Assembly (NCBI RefSeq): GCF_003918875.1
Contig: NW_025766012.1
Location: 1 to 64,000 of the forward strand
Source of the DNA: Haliotis rubra
Lineage: Eukaryota
Direction of reading: 5' to 3'
Length of the DNA: 64,000 nt
The notes beneath the pieces are model-generated. The model searched no databases, was not told the DNA's origin, and saw only the letters and a program-made list of their open reading frames with translations. The position numbers and the translations under genes are program-made. Shown one piece after another: positions 14,530-25,683 of the stretch. The first letter of the stretch is position 1, and every line of letters starts with the position of its first letter.

Positions 14530-14953
14530 TAGCTTGACGGATGGATTCTTATGGTTATCATTTTGGTCTGTGTGACGTCATTAGTAGATGTCACATGCGC
14601 GCGCGCACACACACACACACACACGTACATGTAACGAACACGTACTAAACGACCATTACCCTTATTTTGCTGACAGTTCAATGACCACGTGACGTCAATA
14701 CCGTCGTTGTAAGGTCGTGACGTCACGAGACCTATCGTCGTGACACGTCATACGCGTGTATGACGTCAATTAATGGTAGTATATTTTCCAGGTTGCGTCA
14801 CCATCAAGTGACGTCAATACCTTCGTTTGTAGATCGTGACGTCACGAGACCTATCGTCGTGACGTCATACGTGTATGACGTCAGTGTAGCAGCATATTTT
14901 CGGGGTTCCGTCACGTTACGTCACCACCGGATATGTGCTGCTACCATACTACT
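14530..14953. repeat. Putative right terminal (TIR) region of the Polinton with eight TGACGTCA palindromes and internal direct repeats
   Basis: TGACGTCA at 14573, 14690, 14718, 14761, 14809, 14837, 14860 and 14876; ~120-bp direct repeat starting at 14689 and 14808; terminal ACTACT. The partner TIR is outside the window. Confidence 0.65.
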
Positions 14954-15056
14954 TGCTTAATAACACATTCTTTTTAAGCCATATTCATATATCATCACCA
15001 CACACATCTGAAGTGACCAAAACATGTGAAAATCGCATATTTTGCCATAAAGACAA

Positions 15057-15320
15057 TGGAAAACACGGTGCAGGTATGCACGGGACCAGGTTAGACATGT
15101 TCAGTGGTTCAAAGGAAAACCAACAAGGTCAGGTACCAATAACTTTGTATATTCTGGTGAAGGGAACAACAGAGGCATGCACCACATGGGTGCCGCCATA
15201 TTGGTTCCCAAAAGTTGGAATGATGCAAAATGTAGGTTGAAACGGGTGGCATGCTAAAAACGAAATAAGATTCATAGATAAAGTAAATGACCATTTTGGT
15301 CTTAAAAGGAGTTTGTAACA
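15057..15320 (-). repeat. BEL 3' LTR
   Basis: TGGAAAACACGG...TTTGTAACA; about 12 differences from 21852-22113 by manual alignment. Confidence 0.95.
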
Positions 15321-15399
15321 GCCGCCCCAAAATTTAAGCATTAAATTTGAAATAAGAAAAGTCCTTAGAACGTTCTGGAATAGTTCCTAGGAATTGAAA

Positions 15400-18300
15400 T
15401 AGTAAGTCAAGTGTCATTTGGGTCCACTGGACATTCTGGCAGAGGGACGAGTTTGGCCACAGGCCTCGTATAGTCCTTGTTCTTAACAGTTACTGTGGCT
15501 GTCCGAACATGACCATCTTGTCCTGGGTGAGTCTGGGTCACACGTCCACTGGCCACTGGGCACGGATTGACTGATTGTCAACAATCATGATGACATCTCC
15601 TTCCTGGATGTTGACTCTTGGTTTCTGCCATTTGCTCCGTAGCTGCATGTCGGGCAGATAGGATTTTATGAAGTGGGTCCAGAAGTGGTCCGCTAGGACC
15701 TTGATGTGCCTCCATCTCTTCCGGCTTAGGAGTTGGCTCCGCAGGATACACAACCTGAGGTAAAGATGTGTCATGCCGCCCCATTAGGAGAATGTTGGGT
15801 GTGATTGGGTCCAAATCTCTAGCATCTGATGACACGTAGGAAAGTGGCTTCGAGTTGAGAATGCCTTCGACTTCGCACAAGACAGTGCGCAAGGTTGCTT
15901 CGGTAACAGTCTGTTGACCAAGTGACACTCTGAGGCCATGTTTGACTGATCTGATCTCCCTCTCCCACACGCCTCCATGATGGGGTGCACTTGGAGGGTT
16001 GAACACAAATTCTACCTTTTGGTTGACAAGGTAGTGACGTAGTTCTGGTTCCATTTCAGACCATGCGTTCTGTAATTCTGATTTAGCACCTTTGAAGTTG
16101 GTGCCCTGGTCTGACAAGAGTTCATGAGGTTTACCCCTTCGGGATACAAAGCGGCGGAACGCCATGAGGAAAGCATCTGAATCCATAGACTCAAGGAGGT
16201 CTAGGTGCACTGCTCGGGTAGTCATACACTTAAAAATCACTCCCCATCGTTTCTCTAAACGACGTCCTATCTTCACCTGCATCGGGCCAAAACAGTCTAC
16301 TCCAGTCGAGTAAAAGGCTGGTTTGAAGAGTCGGAGACGGGCCGGTGGTAGGTCGGCCATCTTCTGAGTTGCAGGGTTTGAACGCCACTTCTGGCAGGTA
16401 GCACACTTACGTTGATGTCGTCGTATGGCCTCTCTGCCCCGGAGGACCCAGAATCTGCGTCGGATCTCGGCAAAGAGATGTTCCGGACCGTAATGCAAGA
16501 GTTTCTCGTCATGATCTCTGATAATCAGTTTGGTGATCTCGTGGGTTGGATCAAGAACTATGGGATTCTTAATATTCGAATCCAGGGATTCAGCTCGACG
16601 GAGTCTGCCGCCTACACGGATCAAGTCAAGTTCTGGATCGTATTCAGGATCAAGTTGAATCAGTCGACTATCGTGTGGTAATTGCTTACCAGACTTGAGG
16701 CAATCAAAGTCCTTTGAGAAGCACTGTTGTTGTACTTGGCAGTACAGATAGTTCTCAGTTTGCTCAACATGTTCAGGAGTCAGTGTCTTAGTTTCCTCTT
16801 TAGGGGCCGCCCCGTCAAGGGCTTCATTTACATCAGAGATGAATACTTCCCATGATTCATACTGTGTTGGGTCAGGCAAAGTGGGTGTCTGTGTCACAAT
16901 CGTTGACAACATGGCAGATTTCCTAAGTTCTGCTGGCTCGTCACTGCCTGTTGATGGAGATTCAGGCCATTCATCTGCTGACTGTCGGAGGAAGGCAGGT
17001 CCATTTCTCCATCTGGATTCTTCAACAAGGTCTTTGACACTCAGGCCTCGAGTGATATCATCAGCTGGGTTTTGCTGTGTGTTCACATACCTCCAGCAAT
17101 GTGTGTCGGTGAGGTTCTGAATTTCAGCTACTCTGGCTCCAACGAATACCTTGTATCTGCAAGATTCAGACTGCAACCATGTGAGCACAGTAGTAGAGTC
17201 ACTCCATAGATAAGTAGCTTGGATTGGTAGCTTTATTTCACACTGCAGCAGGTCTGCTAACTGAGCACCTGTCAGAGCTGCACACAGCTCTAGCCGTGGT
17301 ATGGTTAACTGTCTCTTCGGTGCAACCTTGGATCTGGACATCACGAAGCTGACATGAACCCTTCCATGTCGATCTTCTGAGCGCAAATAGGCGACTGATC
17401 CATATACCCTTTCGGATGCGTCACAGAAGATGTGTAATTGTGTAGTTGAATCGTCTGGATCAAACCCTTGAGAGGAATATAACACCTTGGTAGAGTAATC
17501 AGAGGGATGAGTCCCAGCTCACTTTCCCAAGCAAGCCACCTGTCACGAAGTTGCCCATTTTCAATGGAATCGTTCCAGTTTCTCTTTGACTTCCATAAGT
17601 CTTGTACTATGACCTTTAGCTTGTCCAATGAACGGTGACAGATACCCGATGGGGTCATATTGGCTTGCTAGCACTTTGTATACCATTCTCATGGTTAAAT
17701 TGGGGTAGTCTACATTTCTGTGTTTGTAGGTAAGTTCATCTGACTGACAGTCCCAGCGTAAGCCCAAAGTCGGTTCTCTAGGTTCACCCTGTCCAAAGTT
17801 GAGCCACAGGTCTGCGGCCTCGGACCTCGCTTCAGCAGGGGAGATCGGCGACAACCTCAGGAACATTACTTGCCCACTGTCTTATGTTGAATCCACCGTC
17901 TGTGAGCACATTTCGCATCTTGGTGACAAGCTGCTTTGCCTGAGTTTGGTTCTCGAAACTGTCCAAACAGTTATCTACATAGAAGGATTCACTCACTGAT
18001 TTGAACACTTCCTCATTGCCTGTCTGGTTTTCAGCTGCATGTTTCAACAGTGCATAGCTTGCGCAGCAGGGGGAGCAGGTAGTACCAAAGGGCAGAACTT
18101 GCCATTCATACACGTCTGGTGGACGATCGCATTGCATGTCTCGCCACAGGAAACGAAGCAAAGGGTCGATCAGGTGGAAGCAGTCTGATTTGGTGGAACA
18201 TAGCTTTGATGTCGGCAGTTACTGCCACTGCATGCTGTCGGAACCGGAGAAGCACTCCTAGAAGTGATGATCCAATGGTAGGGCCTGCTAACAAGTGATT

Positions 18301-19708
18301 GTTAAGATTTTTAGATTCAAACTCGAATGAACAATTGAACACAAGGCGATGTTTTCCGTTATGTTCAACCACATGGTGAGGGATGTACCAGGACTCTTTC
18401 GAATCTCTTATCTCGTCATCAGTGAGTTTTTCACAAATCCAGATTCATCAAGCTTCGAATAGCCTCATTGTGCGTTCTGGCCATATCAGAATTGTCCTTT
18501 AGTCGTCGTTCAGTACGCTTCAGAGTTGGGAGAACAGCTTCCACCCTGGCATTGAAACGGGTACCATCATGAGAGCGTAAGAGTGGGGTTGCGTAGTGAC
18601 TTACGCCATCCACCTCAATTCTTGTGGTCTGAGAATCTAGTATTTCCAGTGCCATCTTGTCCTGTTTGGAGCGAATGACCTGTTTACTCGTAAAGGGAAG
18701 AGTGTCCAATTGCCAAAGTCTCTCCACACAGTGAGATGGCGAGAGCTCAGCTGGTCGAGTCTGGTTCAGCAGACAAGTGTTCCTCTTCGTCTGCCCTAGC
18801 ATCATCGACGGACCTTGGACAGTCCAGCCAAGGTTGGTGTGGACACCACTAGGAGCATCTGAATTACCAAAGCATACTGGCTCTTTAGGCAAGATCAGCT
18901 TTGAGTTGTCGGATCCTATCAGAATACTTGGCACTGCTCCATTTATCTTTGGTAGAGGAAGGTTTTCCAGATGAGTCCAGTGCTGCTGCATATTCTCTAT
19001 GGGATATGTGTACTCTGACATGCATAGATTGTCTGCAGTGAAGGCATTGTCGATGTCAAACCTAGTGGCTGGCTGGTCTGCTGACGAAATCTGGAGTTTC
19101 ACAGATTGTCCACTACAGTGCACTGATTCTTGACTTATTGTTGTAAGGAGAATGGAATCCTGCTTCCCAGTGAGTTGAAGCTGCTGAGCCGTTGATTTCA
19201 ATATCATGGTTCGCATAGATCCATCATCAAGGATTGCGTATGTCGATACTGTGCTGCAGGGACCATGTAGGATTACTGGCACAATCTTTAACATAATGAG
19301 TGCAGGATGTGATGGTTGATCCATGTAGTAAACTTTGGATGATGTCTGCTGAAGGGCATCATGTAAGACTGTTAGATGCAACTGCTTACAAATGTGACAC
19401 GGCTTTCTCAAGGTGCATTCCCTTTCTTTGTGGTTTCGGCCACACCTGCTGCATCTGTTTTGACCCAGCCACTTGGAAATCTCACTTAATGACAGCTTCT
19501 TGAATTCAGGACACCCATTCAGGAAGTGGTCCCCACTAATACAATATGGGCAAAATGGCTTAGCTCTATTCACAGATGAAGTCTTGGCCTCCCTGGTCAG
19601 GAATAAAGCTGTTGGATTAGGTTGTCTATTGCCCAACCGAGGCGGTGGAGGCTTCCAATTCTCTCTTGGGGTCATGCGAACTGCATTTAAGCTCAGATCC
19701 ATTTCCAC
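15400..19708 (-). pseudogene. BEL gag-pol remainder: zinc knuckles, aspartic protease, RT, RNase H, integrase, DUF5641-like; several frameshifts
   Basis: CPYC..H..C and CSRC..H..C knuckles; ILDDGS protease; LPFG and YVDN RT; HIFCDAS/RLELCA/WSDS RNase H; GVDCFGP, SDQGTNF, GGVWER integrase; ORFs 18431-19708, 18106-18372, 17832-18161, 17561-17866, 15578-17485 and 15538-15774. Confidence 0.92.
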
Positions 19709-21821
19709 TTTCCACTGACTTCAGCATTCCTACTAAAGAACGTACGGAGAGAGCAAAACTGTCAAATGCATCGAGATCCCCGTACCTCAGTACAGGTGTT
19801 CCCATAAGGGCTCCTAATTCACTCTGAACAAGCTGACGTGGCTGTCCATATCTCTCCTTCAATGCTTGGAGTGTGGTTGAGAAGGGCCTCTCGTCGTGCA
19901 TGAATGCTGAAGCTAGTCTCTTAGGTGGACCTCCAAGCCTGTCCAGTAGAATTTGATATTTGTGTTGCTCGGTCAAGCCTGGATGGACGCTTACCAGATT
20001 ATCCAGGGCTATCTTCAGTAGGGCAAAATCCCTTTCCTTTCCACTATTGAAGTTAGGTAGGTTTGGCCTTGGAATGAATAGTTGAGACATGGTTGGTGTC
20101 ACTTGTGGGTTGACAGGGTGGAAGTCATAGGGAATTGGATTAACATTCACAGTGTCACTCAAGGTTGAATTAGAGTTTATCAAATTCTGCCTGTGGGTTT
20201 CATAATGTGGATCAGCACAGTTTGGTTGTGAGTAACATGGTTGATAAGGGTAGTTGTGTATTCTTGGTGATGCTTGGTCAATAAAGTTTGCAAACGATGT
20301 CTGGGCTGACATGGCTGCTGGTATGCTTGATGGCATCAAGACATGAGTGTCAATCGCATCAGGACCTGGTATCCCAGAGGACATCATGATGGGAGAGTGG
20401 ACCACACCGGGAGACATCATGACTGGTGTATGGACAGCACTGGAAGCTGGTACACTGGAGGATATCTGGACGGAAGAGTGAACAGCGCTGGGAGCTGGTA
20501 CACTGGAGGATGTCTGGACGGAAGTGTGGACAGCACTGGGAGCTGGTACACTGGAGGGTGTCTGGACGGAAGTGTGGACAGCACTGGGAGCTGGTACACT
20601 GGAGGATGTCTGGACGGAAGTGTGGACAGCGCTGGGAGCTGGTACACTGGAGGGTGTCTGGACGGAAGTGTGGACAGCGCTGGGAGCTGGTACACTGGAG
20701 GGTGTCTGGACGGAAGTGTGGACAGCACTGGGAGCTGGTACACTGGAGGGTGTCTGGACGGAAGTGTGGACAGCACTGGGAGCTGGTACACTGGAGGGTG
20801 TCTGGACGGAAGTGTGGACAGCACTGGGAGCTGGTACACTGGAGGGTGTCTGGATGGAAGTGTGGACAGCACTGGGAGCTGGTACACTGGAGGATGTCTG
20901 GACGGAAGTGTGGACAGCGCTGGGAGCTGGTACACTGGAGGGTGTCTGGACGGAAGTGTGGACAGCGCTGGGAGCTGGTACACTGGAGGGTGTCTGGACG
21001 GAAGTGTGGACAGCACTGGGAGCTGGTACACTGGAAGTGTCTGGACGGAAGTGTGGACAGCACTGGGAGCTAGTACACTGGAGGGTGTCTGGACGGAAGT
21101 GTGGACAGCACTGGGAGCTAGTACACTGGAGGATGTCTGGACGGAAGTGTGGACAGCACTGGGAGATGGAAGTGGTGCTCATCACAACAGGGGAATCTTC
21201 ATTTATCATACAGTCAATGAAACTTGCCTCTTTTAATCCGGCTTCCACTTCCCGAATTCTCCTTAAGTGGGTGATCTTGGTTCCTAGTCGCTCTCGTTCT
21301 CGTTGGGCTTCGCGTTCTATCTCATGAGCCCTCCTCTGCGTCTTTAGAATTTCCATTTCAGCCTCTTCCTGTGCCTTTCGTGCTATGTCGTCACATCTTG
21401 TTAATTCCTCCTGTGTGAGGATATCCTCCTCAAATCTTCTTTGCAATTCCTCTAGTTTGGATAATTTCTTTAGTTTTTCTAACCTTGCAGTTTGCTTGTC
21501 TGACAGCTGTGAGGTCACAGATCTTATTGATCCTTGGGAAGTTCTGCTACATACAGAGCTGTGGTCAGATATTGTGGATTTTGAATTTTCTGATTTCTTA
21601 TTTCTTCCACTTCTATTCACTGATTTCGATGACTCTACTGACTTTCTGCTTCTTTGAGTCACAGATTTGTTTGCTTCTGTTACAGCAACTTCCTTATCAA
21701 CATCCATAGGGGGGTTTGATAACACATAGTCCTCCCTGAGGTGCAAGGGTAGTTTACTTTCCCTCTGTGACTGTCTTACCGGTGCTATTGGATCTTGAGA
21801 GGTGTGCTCCTTTGATGCCAT
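19626..21821 (-). CDS. BEL gag N-terminal region (coiled coil, 16-aa repeat tract, DUF1759-like)
   Basis: Within the 749-aa ORF; LPNFNSG...KYQILLDRL...LKERYGQP is DUF1759-like. Likely start MASKEH. Confidence 0.85.
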   Translation of the reverse strand: MASKEHTSQDPIAPVRQSQRESKLPLHLREDYVLSNPPMDVDKEVAVTEANKSVTQRSRKSVESSKSVNRSGRNKKSENSKSTISDHSSVCSRTSQGSIRSVTSQLSDKQTARLEKLKKLSKLEELQRRFEEDILTQEELTRCDDIARKAQEEAEMEILKTQRRAHEIEREAQRERERLGTKITHLRRIREVEAGLKEASFIDCMINEDSPVVMSTTSISQCCPHFRPDILQCTSSQCCPHFRPDTLQCTSSQCCPHFRPDTSSVPAPSAVHTSVQTPSSVPAPSAVHTSVQTPSSVPAPSAVHTSVQTSSSVPAPSAVHTSIQTPSSVPAPSAVHTSVQTPSSVPAPSAVHTSVQTPSSVPAPSAVHTSVQTPSSVPAPSAVHTSVQTPSSVPAPSAVHTSVQTSSSVPAPSAVHTSVQTPSSVPAPSAVHTSVQTSSSVPAPSAVHSSVQISSSVPASSAVHTPVMMSPGVVHSPIMMSSGIPGPDAIDTHVLMPSSIPAAMSAQTSFANFIDQASPRIHNYPYQPCYSQPNCADPHYETHRQNLINSNSTLSDTVNVNPIPYDFHPVNPQVTPTMSQLFIPRPNLPNFNSGKERDFALLKIALDNLVSVHPGLTEQHKYQILLDRLGGPPKRLASAFMHDERPFSTTLQALKERYGQPRQLVQSELGALMGTPVLRYGDLDAFDSFALSVRSLVGMLKSVESGNGSELKCSSHDPKRELEASTASVGQ
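20427..21165. repeat. 48-bp coding minisatellite (~15 units) inside BEL gag
   Basis: Unit GTGTGGACAGCACTGGGAGCTGGTACACTGGAGGGTGTCTGGACGGAA; encodes SSVPAPSAVHTSVQTP on minus. Confidence 0.97.
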
Positions 21822-21833
21822 TTTCCACTTTAT

Positions 21834-21851
21834 ATCCGCCTCGCGGGACCA
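21834..21851 (-). promoter_or_regulatory. BEL primer-binding site (tRNA-Tyr-like)
   Basis: TGGTCCCGCGAGGCGGAT directly after the 5' LTR; resembles the complement of a tRNA-Tyr 3' end. Confidence 0.65.
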
Positions 21852-22113
21852 TGAAAACACGGTGCAGGTATGCACGGGACCAGGTTAGACTTGTTCTGTG
21901 GTTCAAAGGAAAACCAACAAGGTCAGGTACCATTAACTTTGTATTCTGGTGAAGGGTACAACAGAGGCATGCACCACATGGGTGCCGCCATATTGGATCC
22001 TAAAAGTTGGAATGATGCAAAATGTAGGTTGAAACGGAATTGGCATGCTAAAACGAAATAAGAATCATAGATAAAGTAAATGACCATTTTGGTCTTAAAA
22101 GGACTTTGTAACA
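21852..22113 (-). repeat. BEL 5' LTR
   Basis: TGAAAACACGG...TTTGTAACA; immediately followed on minus by the PBS. Confidence 0.95.
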
Positions 22114-22965
22114 GAGTGGTTAATAGAAGTCTGCTGAGTGGTAAATAGAAACCTTCTGGGTGGTTAATAGAAGCCTTCTGAGTGGTTAATTGAAGTCTGC
22201 TGAGTGGTTAATAGAAGTCTGCTGAGTGGTTAATAGAAGCCTTCTGAGTGGTTAATAGAAGCCTTCTGTGTGGTTAATAAAAGTCTGCTGAGTGGTTAAT
22301 AGAAGCCTTCTGTGTGGTTAATAGAAGCCTTCTGTGTGGTTAATAGAAGTCTACTGAGTGGTTAATAAAAGTCTACTGAGTGGTTTATAGAATCCTACTG
22401 AGTGGTTAATAGAAGCCTTCTGTGTGGTTAATAGAAGTCTACTGAGTGGTTAATAGAAGTCTGCTGAGTGGTCAATAGAAGCCTTCTGAGTGGTTAATTA
22501 AAGTCTGCTGACTGGTTAATAGAAGTCTGCTGAGTGGTTAATAGAAGTCTGCTGAGTGGTTAATAGAAGTCTGCTGAGTGGTTAATAGAAGTCTGCTGAG
22601 TGGTTAATAGAAGCCTTCTGAGTGGTTAATAGAAGCCTTCTGAGTGGTTAATAGAAGTCTGCTGAGTGGTTAATAGAAGCCTTCTGAGTGGTTAATAGAA
22701 GTCTCTGAGTGGTTAATAGAAGTCTTCTGAGTGGTTAATAGAAGTCTACTGAGTGGTTAATAGAAGCCTTCTGTGTGGTTAATAGAAGCCTTCTGAGTGG
22801 TAAATAGAAGTCTACTGAGTGGTTAATAGAAGCCTGCTGAGTGGTTAATAGAAGCCTACTGAGTGGTAAATAGAAGACTGCTGAGTGGTTAATAGAAGCC
22901 TGCTGAGTGGTTAATAGAAGCCTACTGGGTGGTTATTAGAAGTCTGTTTGGTGGCAAATAGCAAA
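22114..22965. repeat. 22-bp minisatellite (~38 units)
   Basis: GAGTGGTTAATAGAAGTCTGCT and GAGTGGTTAATAGAAGCCTTCT variants, head to tail without spacers. Confidence 0.97.
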
Positions 22966-24022
22966 CGGGTTATTATGGTACAAGACTGTGTTCCTGCCGC
23001 AGTGGTGGCATAATGGCGTTTAACGTTATGGGATTAGAGGCACATTAGTTTATTTGAAAGCCTGCAGTCACTTGATCTTTCCAGTGTTCGTACCTGTACG
23101 TTGTAATACACTTAGTCATGCACCGGTTTTATGTCCGGGTCCGTTTAAGCCGTGAGTGCACAAAAGGACTTTGCTATTCGCATGGTTGGGCCATCATGAC
23201 CTAATATGCAGCTACGAACATTTCTCAGAAATGTTCCCGTTGATTTTTCTTTTTCGAAAATACATCAATGCATCAGGCCCTATTGATAGCTTGATCAGTG
23301 GTGCAGTGTTGCGTGTTTCAACCAAGCCTCCATTTCAGTCAACAACTCTTCGGAATACCTGACATTTAGTGGATAGAATTTACACCTGTTTCGTGAGTTA
23401 AATACTTTTTGACATTTGTTTTACCCCAGTAGCCCTTCACATTATTGAATGGAACAGGTAACTCCCCGATTTTGTTTGGCTGGAGAGGCATCAAAATAAG
23501 TGTTGGTTGTAACTGCAAAACATAGTAGACTGGGAACCATAGACCACAAGCAATAACGTATAAGCTTTTTGTTGGTTGATGGTTAGACATGCTCCTTTGT
23601 GTGCAAACAACTTGACCTAGCCAGCGCCCGACATTTCATAATGGACAACATTTTGCTCACATTACAACACCTTGGGGCGAAATGGGATATACAAACGGGT
23701 GCTGTGGAAATCAGACCAAGAAGTCAAAAATATGCGAGCATTTAACTGAAATTTGGGGAAGGTTTTACGTTTCAGTGGATAATGTAGAATGGTACAGGGT
23801 TAATGCTGAAAAGTACGTTTCAATAATTGCTCATAATGTTGGATATCAAATAATTATTCCGGCTTCTTTTTTTGAAGTTGTCAGCAAGACGTCGCTAAGT
23901 AGCCACTGGATAAAAGGGGGCCAAACCCGAAAGGAGGAATAAGGAAGTGAACAAAGAGTCATCAAGCAGGTTAGTCATATATCCACAATACTAGTTGGTT
24001 GCAAGCATACATTAAGTCATTC

Positions 24023-24164
24023 NNNNNNNNNNNNNNNNNNNNNNNNNNNNNNNNNNNNNNNNNNNNNNNNNNNNNNNNNNNNNNNNNNNNNNNNNNNNNN
24101 NNNNNNNNNNNNNNNNNNNNNNNNNNNNNNNNNNNNNNNNNNNNNNNNNNNNNNNNNNNNNNNN
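24023..24164. other. Assembly gap (N run)
   Basis: Run of n. Confidence 1.
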
Positions 24165-24426
24165 GAAGAGAGAGAAGAGTATGTTTATTTGAGTCTCACT
24201 TTCTGTACATTGTCATAAAATGCAAGCTTTTTGTACAAAAGTTTACAGAAACTACCCGTTAGGTTATGAGGGACTATTTAAAACCAATAAAAACATTGTA
24301 GACCAACTTAACCAACAGTATCTACTCACGTAAAATCATATTCATATAAGTTAACACGCACAGGTATGCATACAAACAAACATACATACTAACAAACATA
24401 TAATCACAAATACAAAACAGCCATAC

Positions 24427-24735
24427 NNNNNNNNNNNNNNNNNNNNNNNNNNNNNNNNNNNNNNNNNNNNNNNNNNNNNNNNNNNNNNNNNNNNNNNNNN
24501 NNNNNNNNNNNNNNNNNNNNNNNNNNNNNNNNNNNNNNNNNNNNNNNNNNNNNNNNNNNNNNNNNNNNNNNNNNNNNNNNNNNNNNNNNNNNNNNNNNNN
24601 NNNNNNNNNNNNNNNNNNNNNNNNNNNNNNNNNNNNNNNNNNNNNNNNNNNNNNNNNNNNNNNNNNNNNNNNNNNNNNNNNNNNNNNNNNNNNNNNNNNN
24701 NNNNNNNNNNNNNNNNNNNNNNNNNNNNNNNNNNN
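24427..24735. other. Assembly gap (N run)
   Basis: Run of n. Confidence 1.
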
Positions 24736-25683
24736 AACTGCAAATTATGTGAAGGACATATTGTTTAATGTTCAGTGACATTCACTACTAAGAATAATAA
24801 CCAGCCGTTTGTCCAGGTGAAATAGCTCCTCAAGACTTCATTCCGATGAATACATAAGTTAGTTGTACTCGCATACAATGTCAGGGAAGATAACACATGT
24901 ACCAGAGGCAATAGATTAAAGGTCACATGCAACCAAAAAAATCAAAAATAATTAAAACACAATTATCACTTATTCATGACATATAATATACATTGCTGAT
25001 TATGAAAAAACATAAGCGTACAATCGCAAAACAAAAGTGCAATATTTTGTACTTGGGTTTACTTCCCTCGAAACGAAGCAGCCGGGATACCGAACCCAGT
25101 CAGAGTGGGTGGGTGCGCACTCAAGTGTAACGGCTGGTTCATTTGCATATTCCCCCACGGCTCATTGTGTGTGTGTATATAAAGAGATGTTGGGTTTTGT
25201 AAATACATGCTCGTTTTTTGTGTGCAGAACTTTTTGCTATCAACAGACATCATAACATGTCATGTGTACAAGTATCACACCTGCCTGTCCGTGTAATTAC
25301 ATAATGTGACAGGGACCGAACTCGGGCCATAAATCAATGCGTCTTGTTTATGGTGTATAGCCATGTATGTATTGCAATGTGATTTTAACCTCTGCAATGA
25401 TATTGTTTTCAATATGTTTTGAATATTGAGTGTACTTGGATATCCCTGATGTTGGGCGGGAGTCACGTAAGCCTTGCTCTTGGGAAATAACCACTATTGA
25501 GTGTCTCTCATCCTGTGTATCTCTGTCAAATATATTTGGATGGAAAAGCAATCTAGAGTAATGATAACCTTGGATTAATTGACCATTTGTGATGTAAAAC
25601 ACATTGAACTGACCATGCTGTCACCCTGTTGTGTACTATCTGACTGTTATCTTGTAGAGCCAAGAAGATATTGCATAATCGTG

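Larger units (their letters stand above)
1..14953 (+). mobile_element. Polinton/Maverick (adintovirus-like) endogenous element, right portion; left end and pPolB not seen in window; heavily frameshifted in this assembly
   Basis: Motif fragments across frames on + in typical order: ATPase-like, rve integrase with chromodomain, penton, basic core protein, major capsid, adenain protease. Ends in ...CCATACTACT (ACTACT at 14948-14953), the complement of the AGTAGT Polinton terminus. Confidence 0.85.
15057..22113 (-). mobile_element. BEL/Pao LTR retrotransposon
   Basis: Two ~262-bp LTRs with TG..CA ends, PBS, PPT (GGGGCGGC on minus at 15321-15328) and gag-pol with BEL-type domains. No matching TSD. 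Confidence 0.95.

Noticed and set aside
20343-21327. Five extra long ORFs (Trp/Cys-rich repeats) overlapping BEL gag
   Set aside because: They are by-products of a stop-free 48-bp repeat, with no independent evidence of being genes.
22114-22965. CRISPR-like appearance of the 22-bp array
   Set aside because: Units are head to tail with no unique spacers, there are no cas genes, and the context is eukaryotic; it is a minisatellite.
23000-24000. Short ORFs 23156-23362, 23366-23590 and 23682-23942
   Set aside because: No recognisable domain or convincing exon structure.
23999-24781. ORFs containing X runs
   Set aside because: Artefacts of the N gaps.
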